A DNA stretch of 64,000 bases, taken from positions 58,482,059 through 58,546,058 of the forward strand of contig NC_068981.1 in assembly GCF_001194135.2 (NCBI RefSeq), written 5' to 3'. The notes beneath the pieces were generated by a model. The model had not been told where the DNA came from, did no database searches, and worked only from the letters and a program-made list of their open reading frames with translations. Shown in pieces: positions 25,201 to 37,538 of the stretch (positions are counted from its first letter, which is position 1; each line of letters starts with the position of its first letter). The position numbers and the translations under genes were made by a program. The DNA is from Octopus bimaculoides. Its lineage: Eukaryota.

Positions 25201-28200
25201 AAAATGAAAGCAAACTTATGCACATGAAACAGAAATATTTATTCAGATCTTGAGAACTTTAAACAATTTTGTAAATCAAAATTGGAATAATCTTTTTTTT
25301 TCTGTTGCAACTTTAAGACAATGATAAAGAATATACTTACCGCTTCAGTTATGTTATCACCAAATAATGTCAAGACACATTTAATGTGAGCAGTTCCACT
25401 GTTTTAAAAAACAATAATATTGTTACTTTACTGGTATATATATACAGAGCGATACATATACATACATCCATTAAAATATAACATAAAACATGAAGTATAG
25501 AAGTTAGAGAAAAATTATAATAGTGCAAGGGTACATACAAATGCGTCTCTCTCTTTCACTCTCTCTTCCTCATTTTACATGCTGGTGGCATGTAAAAAGC
25601 ACCCACTACATTCCCGGAGTGGTTGGCTTTAGGAAGGGCATCTAGCTGTAGAAATCTTCATTTACAGCCATAATGTGATGTTAAAACAAGCATACGTGCA
25701 CATACATACACATATATACAATGAGCTACTTTCAGTTTCTATCAACCAAATCCACTCACAAGGCTTTGGTTGGCCCAAGGTTATAATAGAAGACACTTGC
25801 CTAAGGCGCTATACAAAGGGACTGAACCAAAAATCCATGTGGTTGGGAAGCAAGCTTCTCAACCACACAAGCATAGCTACACAAGAATATACATACTGTA
25901 TTTACTAATGTATAAGTTGCACTATTTCATACTTGATTTTAACTCACAAAACCTGGGGTGCAGCTTATACAGAGGACAAAGCTAAAACTATGAAAGAAAA
26001 AAAATTTGTACCAAGCTTTAACACTAAATTTAGGGTGCAACTTACACACGAAATAAATATGGCATGTGTGGGTCATCTTCATTGTTTCAATGCTTATTTT
26101 TCCATGCTTGGAAAAATTGGAACCTGGTGCATCAGGTTCCAATTTGATTTGGCATGGTTTGTATGGCTGGATGCTCTTCCTAATGCCAACTGCTCCAAGA
26201 GTGTAGTGGGTGCTTCTTACGTGCCACCAGAATGGGTGCCATTGACATGACACTGGCATTGGCCACAACTACAATCTCACTTCACTTGACTGGACTTCAT
26301 AGGCACGGTGTATTGCCAAAGGTCTCCGTCACCTGTCACTGCCTCCATGAGACTGAAGGCTCAAACAATGCTTTTTACATGCCACCCCCAGGGGTGACAG
26401 TCAGAGGCACTGGCATTGGCCACAACTATGATTTCACTTGGCTTGACAGGTTTTCTCAAGCAGAGCATATTGCCCAACATTTGACGGGTGCTTTTTATGT
26501 GCCAGTTACCATGACACTGGCATCAGCCATAACAACTATCTCACTTGGCTTAATGAGCCTTCTGAAGCATGGCATATCTCTAAAGGTTTTGGTCACTTGT
26601 CATTGTTGTTGAGTAAATAAGGATGTAAGATTAACTTATAAGCAAGTATTTTTAGTAAACATACATTTTTACCCTTGTTATGAAAAGTAGATACTATAGT
26701 CAAAACATGACTTTTTTCTGCCTGAAGTTGTAAGAAATGCTGAAACTAGTCAGGCCAATCCTTTTTATAGGTCACAGAGAGAAAAAACGTGATTTAACCA
26801 CAGCATTTAGTTTCTGCAGCAAGGCTAAAAAATGTGTCTACAACAAAATACCTAAGTTTATATTTACATTAAATTTACATCTTTATCGTAATGCTGTGAA
26901 GTGCTTCTATTAAACAAATAATTTGTGTTAACAACATTTGCAGTGTTATGCAAATTAGAATAGACAAATTCAATTCAATCTGAGTTTCTGTGTGTATATT
27001 ACAAATAGCTATATGCTACTATTTTCCTTGTGGAGAACTAAATTGAACAAAATTAGTCCTAATTTGCACAACAATACAAGTGTTGTCAAGTTGTCAACAT
27101 AAATTAATTAGCTAAATTAAAAAGCTCTTCACAGAACTGGGATAGAGATCATCATCATCATCATTTCAAAACATCTTTAGCAATGATATGAGAAGTAGAT
27201 ACACTAGCTAAATCATGTTTTTCTCTTTGTAGTTAGTTTCAGCATTTCTTACCATTTTATCAAAGAGAAAAATATTACAGTAACTAATTTTCAATCACAG
27301 TACCTAACCTTCATAGCAAGGCTAAAGCCATCATCATCATCTAACATCCATTTTCCATGCTGACATGGATTCAAATGGTTTGACAGGAGCTGGCCAGCTG
27401 ATGAGCTGCCTGGGCTCCAAGTCTGTTTTGGCATGGCTTCTATAGCTGGATGCCCTTCTTAATGCCAACCACTTTACAGAGTGTATTGAGTGCTTTTAAG
27501 TGGAACAAGCATAGGTGCTTTTTACATGACACTTGGCTTAATGTATCTTCTAAAGCAGAGCAAATCACCTGAAGTCTTGGTCCCTTGTCATTGCCTTCAT
27601 GAAACCCAACATCTGAAGATCTTTTTTCACCACTTTGTCTACCTGGGTTTACCCTTTCCACATGTTCTCTCCACATAATCACAAACACATACAATGTGCT
27701 TCTTTCAGTTTCTGCTTACCAAATCCACTCACAAAGTGTTGGTTGGCCTAGGTCTATAGTAAAAGACACCTACTCAATTTTCCACACAGTGGGACTGAAC
27801 CCAAAACTATGTGGTTAGGAAGCAAACTTTTTAACCACACATCCACATGTGTATGTATATGTATGTATGAACATGTTCATATTTACACATCTATATTCAA
27901 ATATATCCATACATTCATATATGTACTGTAAGTATATAATTGCATATTTTCTACTTTTAAAACAAAGGCTAACAATAATGAAAACAACTTAAGCGAAAAA
28001 GGAGTAACAGTAACTGAGTGATTAGTGTAGTAGAACACTGGCTAATCTGATGATATTCATAATATATATTAGCATGTAGTGCATCTAGGCTGTGGATACT
28101 TAGCCCCACAATTTTATCCCACTAAGCTATTAATTGTTACAATGGGTGATGACAAATTATCATTTCAGCAGAGAGAATGTTCTCTCAGGTTGGACATAGG

Positions 28201-31200
28201 GGTAGGTAAACAGAAATCACTCAGTGTACACTCCTCCATCAAACCCTAATATTGGCAAGATTATGATCAAGAAATATCTAATTGCATCAATAGTATAAAA
28301 TGACAGATAAATTACATTAAAATTTTATTTTATTGAAAATTAAGTGTATTTGCTTACTTTGGGCCAGACAGTAATATCTTCTGTGGTTTGATATGGCAAA
28401 CAGTTGAGTCATCTGAAAACAAAAAAAAAATACAAACATTACACAACATAATAATCATAAATATAACATAAGATATTTATTGTTGGTGAATTTTCCTTAG
28501 CTTGCACATTATTCATTACATTAAGCCAAATTCATTAAATACTCTCTAATAAGGTTTGTAGCATTTTCATTTCATAACTGTTTTTATGGAATTGCTTTAA
28601 TTGCAAGGACTTCTCACCTGTTTGGGGAGGTGGGTGGCTGCTTTAATTATATTTCTTTATAATTAATTTGCACATATATAAAGAAATTATTAAAAATTTG
28701 CTTGATCAAGGGCTAAACTACACTAGACAAAATAATGAAGAAATCATCTAAAAGATTCTTGAAAAGAAACAGAAGTGTTAATAGCCTACGTGCAGCATGG
28801 TAGTAATGAAATTTCACATTAAAGCACAACTTTCTCAAAGATGGAAGTAATAAAAACATATAAAATTATTATACTACATATTTAATGTAACATACAATCC
28901 AAAACAAAACTGATCCAAATCACTTCATTACTTGTAAATGCACTGATATCCACTCTGTAGTTTAAGCTACTACTTCTAGATGACTCTGCTACATTAAGAG
29001 AAATCTTGCAGGAACCAAAAAAAGGAGCTCCTACTGATTCCTTAACTTGCTAAAACAAGACAGAGAGAGCCAACTCACACTCTGCCATCTGTGGTAAAGA
29101 AAGATGCAATAGACAATGTAATCCTATATAACCCTAAAAAGACAAGATGGTCAGACTGCTTAAGGTTGACTTAGGGCTAAAACAACCTCATTAATCCACT
29201 ACTTGTAATTCACTGCCAAAAAGTATAGACATGTAGATAATTGATCAAATAAAGAGCTGTGCTTCTAATTAGTTACCAAACACAACAACATACATTTTGG
29301 GGGCATCTTTTAGATATTAACATGCACAAACAAATTAGCAAAGACAGTGGTTTCTGAAACATTCCAAATAAAGAACTTTGGACAGTAAAATACAGAACAT
29401 TAAGTAGGTGCCAAAATGAAGTAGAAGCTCTAGTAAGAGCTCCAATATTGGAATGGGTTTATTATGTGAACCAGATAAGGTTTGGGAAAGCAGAAAAAGA
29501 AAACCTACCTTTATTGGATTCTTTGTCTTTATCAGTAAGGAATCGTTGATTACATTCCTGTAATAATAATTAAAAGATGAAGTGATCATTTCTGACAATT
29601 GCTGAAATCTTTCTTTGTCAGATCTTTGTAATAAAAAGCATTTTATTTCTAAAACATTTTGGAAATCATGAAAAAACTTTGAAGAAAAAGTGGAAATAAC
29701 ATTACATTATTAGAATATTTGTTGAGTCAGCTAAAAAGAAGATGCTATCATACTGTAAAAAAAAAAAGACTACTTAACTATATTTAGTTTTCTCTTATAA
29801 CTTGTAAGAATGATTTAGCAGATTATTACTTCAAGATACAGAAAATACATATTGGAAAAATTTGAACTGACCATACTCCCTTTTTTTTATAAAAATGACT
29901 TGTACTTGGGAAAGAAATTCTTACGGGGTAAAATTATAAAGTAGTGAACAAATAAATAATGAATAAAAATTTTTTTAATTTTCCATTTTTATAAAAATAA
30001 GTAATTAGTGAATTAATGGCTTATGACATATTTAGAAAAATGGAAACTGTAATGTTAGATTACACTGTGTAACATAACTTTTGTCACTATTACTTCCTAT
30101 TTACTTACCCTTAGAAAGTATGAGAAATGACTAATATTTCCTGCAAATTTTGCTTTTGTTACATTTATCCAAACCCCAAAGAATCCTTCTCAGCACATGG
30201 CTATGATGCTCCCCCACTATTTCTGCTCATGATCAGAGATGCACACATTGTCAGCCAATAAGGGACATGCTCAAGTGGTTAAGGTCAAGCAACTGACATG
30301 CAAATCTGTGATTTGGTGTAACAATATTTCTATAACAATTTGCTATAACAATATTTCTGCTTCAGCAATTCAACACTGAATCTGTCTGAAATGTAATAGA
30401 AATAGGTTGGTTTCAAAACATTGATGTCCAGGTCACAAAAGTAAAGAATGAAGGGAATAATAGTCAAATACTTTTATTTCTAGATAGAAGCAAATAGGAA
30501 ATAATACTTACTAACCAAAGACAAAAAAAAAAGTGTCACAGTGTTATTTGTAAACAGAGATTTCAAAAAAATTTTAGAGCTACGATAATCATTTTCACAG
30601 CATTTTCTATTAAGGCAAGACTAACACCTCAGCTGTAGGAAAACACTCCTAAATTGAAGATGCTCTCACTCAGCAGGAATAAAACCCAGGCAAACCAAAT
30701 ATGACATACATCAAGAACACTGTTAGTTCTATCAAAAAACATGATATTCAAATTTCCACATTATCTATTCATGACCTAATTATAAATTCAAAATGACCAA
30801 TAAGGCAAACATACCCTTATTTTAGGTCAATTTTTCTACCAAACTATCAAAGATAATATGCTCTAACTTGGAATTCCAACAGATTTGGGTACAGACTAGA
30901 TGCTGAATCAAGGACATTGATGAAGTTGGCCTAGATTTCATTGTGGGATCACTCATAGCCACATGCAGCAGTTCAAGCATTTTTTACCCTTGGGTAGTAG
31001 CATTCAAGTGTCTCTGGAAGATGAACAAATGAAGTGTATCTAATCACACTAGTACAGCATCTAGGCAAGTATCAAAGTAATACACATGCAAAAGTTCAGC
31101 CTATTACATCAATTGTTCTAGGAGATGCTGGTAATGGTTGATTTTACAACAATGTCCAACTACACATTTTAGTGAAATATTTGCAGTTTTGCATATCCTC

Positions 31201-34200
31201 TGCTATTTTTCTGAGATTTTGCTATCTGAAATATAAGGTATTAGTCTTGCTTTAAGCAACTTTAGTTAAATCTCACCACCAGTAGGTTCATCTTTTTTTG
31301 TATGCAACTATTGTAAATTTTTATGTTCTTTTTAAAATTAATCATAACTATTTCCATATTGTAAATAGTTAATCTGAAGTTTTACATCCATTGTATGTTT
31401 ATATTCTATTTAGCATACATCATTTCATAAATTTAATCAGAAGTATTTTAATTCTTAATTTATATTACAAGTATATTTCTCTCTAATTATCAAGGTTGAT
31501 GCAGTATAGATATGTAAAATAAGGGCAATAAATGCAGATGAGTAGAATAGTATGGGAAAAACATATGAAAAGCAGCATGATCCTCCTCCTGACTATACTT
31601 ATTCTGAGCAAGCACTTTCACAACTTATTTATGCTAGTTGTTTCAGAGAAATGTCTTCAGTGAGATTTGTTTATCCCAGTTTTTATGGTTCTCTTAGTAT
31701 GAAAGCCTGTTTACCAACAGTTTTATTCACGTGACACTAAAGACATAGAACTTACCATTGTAGAAAATGAAACACTTGTAATAATGGAAAGATTAATGTC
31801 AACTTACAGTTAAAGTGTACTGCACTTGCTGAAGGACATGATGAAGTTCTTCATTCAACAACCAACTTAATTCCTTCTGCTGAAAAGTAATAAAATTTTA
31901 TTCAATGATTATAAACCAGTGTGTATATTTGCATAAATAAAGTTTATTATGTTATTTGTAACTGGAATAGTAATTACTTTTGTTATTACTTGTCGTCATC
32001 ATCATTTAGCAACTGTTTTCCATGCTGGCATAGGTTAGATGGTTTGACTGGAACTGGTAAGCCAGAGAGCTGTATCAGACTCCAGTCTGATTTCGGCTTG
32101 GTTTCTACAACTGGATGCTCTTCCTAACACCAACCACTCCAGAGTGTAGTGGGTACTTTTACGTGTCACTATCACAGGTGCCTTTTATGTGTTACCAGCA
32201 CTGTCCACAATGATTTCACTTGGCCTGATGAGTCTTCTCAAGCACACCAAACCACCAAAGGTCTCAATCATCTGTCATTGCCTCTGTGAGACCTAACATC
32301 CAAAGATCATGCTTCACCTCTTCATCTCATGTCTTCCTGGGTCTACCTCTTCCACAGGTTCCTTCCAGTTAGAGATTGGCACTTCTTCACACAGCTAACT
32401 TCATTCATATGCATCACATGACCATACAAGAGCAGTCTTCTCTCTTGTACACCATATCTGCCTCATGCCCAATTCTTCTCTCAAGATGCTTGCACTTTGT
32501 TGTACATGCACAGCAACATTGCACATCCAGCAAAACATACTAGCTTCATTTCTTTCAAGCCTTCACATGTCCTCTGCAGTCACAACCCATGTTTCACTGC
32601 CATGTAGCATGGTTGTCCGCACACAGGCATCATACAATCTGCCTTTCACTCTGAGGCCCTTAGTTACCAATAAAGGTAAGAGCTCTGAACTTTGCCCAGC
32701 CTATTCTTATTCTAGCAGCTACGCTCTCAGAGCATCCACCTCCATTGCTGACTTGGTCACCCTGATAACGGAAGCTATCAACTATTTCTAAGTATCCTAC
32801 CAAGCATTTGATGGAGTCTATTTTCTGTACATTTCTCGTGTTTTTTGTACCTCTACGTCTGCCACACATACACACAATTTTCCCTGTTAACCTTCCTCTG
32901 CTATTGCTGCACCTCTTGTGTGTCCATAGCTTGCACCAGGTACACCTTATTGATATGCCTTTTCTATATATGGAGCTGGGCCATCACTCTGAAGAGATCT
33001 GTGATTTGTCTGCTTTCCTACTTACTAAGTCCTTGGTCTTTGCTAAATAAACTCTTGATTCCAGACCTTGCTTCCACACCTGAAATTTTTTCTATAGTTC
33101 TGGTAGTGATTCAGCTATAAGAATAAGATCATCAGCAGCCCAGGGGCAGCCCAACTTAAATTTCTGTTATTGCCTGGAAGACCATGATGAACAGGATGGT
33201 GGTGGGGGCTGAGGACTGATCCTTGGTGAACTACTTGTACACTGAATTTATTGCTATACTCGTTGCCAACTCTTACCTTATTAACCCTAACCCTTACAAA
33301 GATGCTGTCAAAGATGGGAATATGTTCATAATTGATATGAAAAACTGTATTGTGTTGAGGTCGACTTTGCCTTTCCTTTTAACGAATTTCAGTTAAGCGC
33401 TGAGGTCAATGTGCCAAAATTTAAGGATTATTGTTATTATTAAGAGCATTTACCCCAAGATAAAATGAAATGTGTATAAGACTTTTGTGTTGTATCAAAC
33501 TATGGTCTTAAATAAATCACAATCTTACAATAAACGAAAATATTTTTGAAAGAAAATTATTAGTTGACCATCGCTATCAAATTCAGAATTTATCTAACAA
33601 CTTTAAGCAGATTAATAACATCCCCCGTACGGAAAACACGTAAAGATCTTAATGATTAATTTCTAACTGAAATCAAAAGCACTGCAGTGAAAAGGTTAAA
33701 CTAATCGAGTACAAGATACTACAGAAAAAATAGACATTCAATAGAACGTAAAATAACCCAAATGAAACAAAAATATATTAGAAACATAAAACATTAAGAT
33801 TATATTGAAATGTTTGTATAATAAACAAATTCATCCAAATATTTATGTTGATAATTTATTAACTTCTATATTATCATGAAATTAACATTATCACTTAAAT
33901 ATTAATATATATAAAACAGTCGCGAGACGAAATAGGCAGATGGAGTTAATGTGTATCAAACGAGCAACGTTACAATCAAGATGTTTTAGAGTCGAATAGG
34001 TGAGAGACAGGTGAACGATTATTGAACGGCGATTGAGAGTGATACTTAGTGAAAAATAAGCTGAAATAGAAGGATACTGCATTAAAAGAAACAAATTCTA
34101 AACAAAGATTATTGCTAATTGTCAACAAGAAAATCATAATACGTAGGAATGTCATATGTAACAACCAAAGATGCAATGTAATGTTTTTCTGTTGTTTTGA

Positions 34201-35627
34201 CATTGAAGTTTACAAAATATCTTATTCATAACAAAAATTCCTTACTAAATAATAGTAAACATTGCAAACTTGAAATGAGATGAATACTAATAATGATAAT
34301 ACTAACAGCGTTCTATAAATAATAAAAGAATCAGTCGATGGACATTTTCTTAGAATTTCCTTCCATATTTACAAAATGTTATGAATCTATTATTAATTCT
34401 TTCTTTATTTTTTTTAAGTGCCTTCAATTTTTGACTCAACACAAGGCCATCACTGTAAGAATTTTAAGCACTATGAATTGATTTAATGTCTTCGGAATTA
34501 CTATACCATAGATGAAAGGCAAAGTTAACACTATCAGCACCAACATCTAAATAAAAGACGAACCTCTACGTGGTTGCTCAGCCTGCTAAAAATAATTTCA
34601 TTTAAATCACACTATGATGTTTATTAAAAAAATGGAATGAAGTCAACTGTGTCATTGAACACAGGTCTGTAAATCAGGGCTGACAATGTGGGGCTATAAA
34701 ACTAAATAAAAGAGCCTGCTCGACCTGTTCGAAAAAGCAACCGAATCTCCCCTATTATTTAAAAACAAAGAAAAGAAAAGAAAAAGAAACATTACATAAT
34801 ATAGTCCTAGATATAAGTAAAGGTACTACACCACCATCATCATCATCATCATCCGACTGCATTTTTAGCAGATGGCTACAATCCTCTTCCACTTATTTCA
34901 TATTATTTCATAATCAGATGTGGTTCCGGGTTGGGTGATTAGCCATGACAATCAACTGGATTTGGATGCTAAGGCGAATCTGAACCCAAAGATCATAGAA
35001 AGATATTGCAAGAAATCTTGTCCGACGCTGTTATAGTTATAGGTTTTCAATCAGAGCTCACCTGGGACAATAACTGAATAAATAATTGTAATACACCAGC
35101 TATTTTTAATGATCTACAATCTAATTTCATAGTTTCATTAAAGTAAAAGTCAAAATGTTCAAGTTTAAAGTTACAATATCGAAAAGCAAGAATCTCAAAA
35201 GAAGTTGGCATTACAATCTGGTGACGAACTTTAAAAAAAAAAAAATTTAATGCATCGTGTTTGAGTTCAAAATACATTCGACTATATATTTATTTTTAAA
35301 AAATCTCTTGACTTTTTTTTATGACATTCTATTTCATAATCAAATTCTTTAGTGGATTATTATCAATCTGTTGTAGACATCTAAAAATAGCTACACTGCA
35401 GGAATCTTTGATCTGTCAAATAAATTAAATTAATACAAATGACAAATTTGAATATTGAAAAATGAAAGAGAAGATTGCTAATTATCCACTTAGAAACCTT
35501 GCTGAAATATCAATATATTTCAGCGCCTCATAACAGTAAGTATATATCAAATAACGGAATGATAATTAGAACACAAATAAACACTTACTAATGCACAAAT
35601 CTCTTCTTCTATATCAGCACCCGCCAT
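16279..35627 (-). CDS. ROGDI: Protein rogdi homolog, 273 aa; complement(join(35589..35627,31808..31879,29509..29557,28358..28412,25341..25398,24337..24423,22918..23010,20878..20976,19345..19473,17339..17422,16279..16335))
   Basis: Eleven exons splice to an 822-nt ORF: MAGADIEEEICAL-QKELSWLLNEELHHVLQQVQYTLT-ECNQRF...GTAHIKCVLTLFGDNITEA-DINFK...PWKLQQ-IQDAYNHL...-FIDEVMESIKKGRTCLTFPRRKS...-QVFHPAVPNTVALSFYIHTSKLILALYQI...-VECTVKWLNEAIMLFTLAIQQLQQLKDK-IQSLQYF...*. Motifs match Rogdi (WLLxxE, WKLQQIQDA, VECxxxWLN, QQLKDK). All introns are GT-AG except intron 10 (GC-AG). Confidence 0.94.
16430..16647. mobile_element. piggyBac-type MITE (TTAA target site) in ROGDI intron 10
   Basis: TTAA|CCCTTTAACATT...AATGCTAAAGGG|TTAA. 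Confidence 0.8.
18269..18541 (-). other. Candidate nested Pol II promoter plus 39-aa small ORF inside ROGDI intron 9
   Basis: CCAAT at 18537-18541, TATATAAAG at 18473-18465, Inr-like TCATTT with +1 A at 18444. The first ATG (18388) is in AAAAATGG context; the ORF runs 18388-18269. No homology recognised. Confidence 0.35.
19055..19249. mobile_element. piggyBac-type MITE, same family as 16430-16647, in ROGDI intron 9
   Basis: TTAA|CCCTTTAGATT...AATGCTAAAGGG|TTAA with homologous interior. A truncated copy with the interior reversed lies at about 9557-9765, and a different TTAA-flanked family at about 6918-7126. Confidence 0.8.
21238..21449. mobile_element. Tc1/mariner-type MITE (212 bp)
   Basis: 31-bp TIRs CAGG(A/G)TGGCCCAAAAGTAGGTTTACAGTTAT with 1 mismatch, flanked by TA at 21236-37 and 21450-51. 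Confidence 0.85.
23550..23780 (+). mobile_element. tRNA-derived SINE (ctttcatcc-core family), young CpG-retaining copy
   Basis: Head ggcagcgagctggcagaaacgttagc...gttctgagttcaaattcc (A/B-box-like), core gtcaactttgcctttcatccttttggggtc. Related copies at about 2980-3200(+), 5845-6060(-) and 35800-35990(-). Confidence 0.75.
31990..33110 (-). mobile_element. 5'-truncated RTE LINE (RT C-terminus, 3' UTR, (ATG)n tail) in ROGDI intron 1
   Basis: LEIVDSFRY..GGGCSESVAARIRIGWAKFR in ORF 32875-32660; tail ..taaatgatgatgacgac near 31995. Confidence 0.85.
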
Positions 35628-35652
35628 TGTATTGTAGGGCAAAGGTTGATGA

Positions 35653-35667
35653 TGACATCACTTCCGG
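35653..35667 (-). promoter_or_regulatory. ROGDI proximal promoter: overlapping ETS/CRE-like motif CCGGAAGTGATGTCA
   Basis: Lies 26-40 nt upstream of the ROGDI ATG. ETS core CCGGAAGT is fused to a CRE variant (TGATGTCA). Confidence 0.55.
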
Positions 35668-37538
35668 GTGATAATTTTTTCTTCTTTCTTGCAGTTATAA
35701 TCTAAAGGTATATAACTCAGAGCTCAGGATAACGTTCTCATGAAACATGTATGAAGCAGTCGTAGTTGTTGTGAATACCTTCAAACAAATATTAATTTCT
35801 GATTTTGGTACAAGGTTTGAGGATTTTTTTTTTAGGTGATGGGGGAATACAGTCTATTATATTGACCCAGAAACTTGACTGGTGCTACATGACTTCGCAA
35901 GAAAGCAAATCGACTCCGGTGGGATTTGAACTCAGAATATAAAGGGGAATAACTAAATGATACATTCCCCACCCACGTCGTTCTACTGATTCTGTCAATC
36001 TACCTTTAAACAAATGTTGACACATCAACAACATGTGGGCCGAAACTGTTTGGAGTCATTTAATCATCTGACATCCCTCAGATGATTCCTGCCTGACAAT
36101 CCCTTTATTTAAAGTGTTTGTTTTTGATAGTCCGTTGGATTAAGATAGTGATAAGTGTTATCCTGTTTCACGCATTTTTAAGTAAAGCGGCGTCTGTTAA
36201 AATGATATCCAGTTGAAACAATGTACAAGAATAATTTAGCTATTCGGGTGATGAAATATAATATGAGCCAGTGTATTGCATTTTTTCAATTCTTGTCAGA
36301 ACAGGCTTACGCCTCCATTCATAAATCTCACTTCAGAAAAATTTCAAATAATCAGTTTCCGAAAATGTTACCTATATTGACTTTGTAGCTGTAGCTCTAC
36401 CGTGGAGTTAAATATTGGAAACAGTGTGATGCCTGATTTACATCCTTTCTAATGCATTGTCAACTACAAGGTGAATGAAGTATTAGACATGGTACCAACA
36501 CTCAATGAAGTAGGATACAAGAACACATCATAATGTCTTTCTTTTTAATGTTAAATAAACTCTGAAAGACTAACATAAATGCAAACTGTTAAAGAAGAAG
36601 CAGATTCATTTGATAAGAATTTTAATCAATCTGATTCGTTCTTCTTCCCCTCCTCCTCCTTATTAATATCACTCGCTGAATATCTATCTCTATACCGGTT
36701 AGTGAAAGAGGTAGCAAGATCGTCTTTTGCATCATTTTTAGTATCGTGTATTTTCGTGCAACTAGTACCAATGCGATCTCCGTTACTTCAAAATCTTTGC
36801 AACAGTTACTTCTTATCATAAAGTGTATTCTGATTCTTAAATTATAATCAATGTTCGTATGGATAAAAACGATGTTGGATAATATATAATCTTTCATTTT
36901 ATATCCTACATACCAGTAGTAAATATACCTCTTCCGATCTTATTGGTAGAATAACATAATGATAATTAGTCAGAGAATGCGAATTTGAAACAGAACAAAA
37001 TTCAGAGATCGAATATTTCAGATCTTAATTTACAACATCAGATCAGGCAAAATTTACCTAAATATTTTCAGTTTTACAAAGTCAATTGAATCATGTGCCT
37101 TGGAAAATATACTCGTATATTTTCTCAAACTGAACTAAAAGGGTTTTCTTTAAAAACCCCAGTTACCTCGACAAAAGCAAGTCTCAAAAAATAAAGTTTT
37201 CACCGTCTTCGTCATCATATTTTACCATAGCACGTTATTTTTATGACTAAAATTGTCAGTAAATTCACCAGCAAGAAAACAGTATTTTCTTGTTTTTATA
37301 TTGTTTTCCCGACAAGGGACAATCCTATTTTGAACAACCAGTGAACAATTACTTTGGTGCTATCGGTTTTCAAAGCAACTTCCCTTACTATACTTCTTGA
37401 TGACATCATAAATATGACCAATACTGCCAACAGAGCGATGACAACACAATCCAACCGCAAGTTCTATTTCATATTCTAAACTTCCTTGAAAAATTTCAAT
37501 GTCGTCTTTGGAAAATTAGTTCCTACTAAGTGCATCAA

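Noticed and set aside
30109-30140. 32-nt poison micro-exon in ROGDI intron 2 (cag|..|gtaagt)
   Set aside because: Good donor but an A-rich acceptor with no polypyrimidine tract; the 49-nt exon at 29509-29557 already completes the protein.
31756-31774. 19-nt exon after a 33-nt intron as ROGDI exon 3
   Set aside because: The intron is implausibly short and the peptide (CFIFYN) lacks the conserved EC..RF found at 29557.
33185-33219. Box C/D snoRNA (ATGATGA..CTGA)
   Set aside because: The boxes are only about 35 nt apart and antisense to the host ROGDI transcript.
33282-33293. TAACCCTAACCC as a telomerase RNA template or interstitial telomere
   Set aside because: Only two units, with no visible pseudoknot, CR4/5 or H/ACA domain nearby; compatible with chance or a small repeat.
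36062-36087. 10-bp hairpin as a Helitron 3' end
   Set aside because: No CTRR terminus at the expected distance on either strand.
36050-37000. Decayed protein-coding relic on the minus strand
   Set aside because: Stops every 10-50 codons, as expected in AT-rich DNA; no recognisable motif or consistent splice signals.
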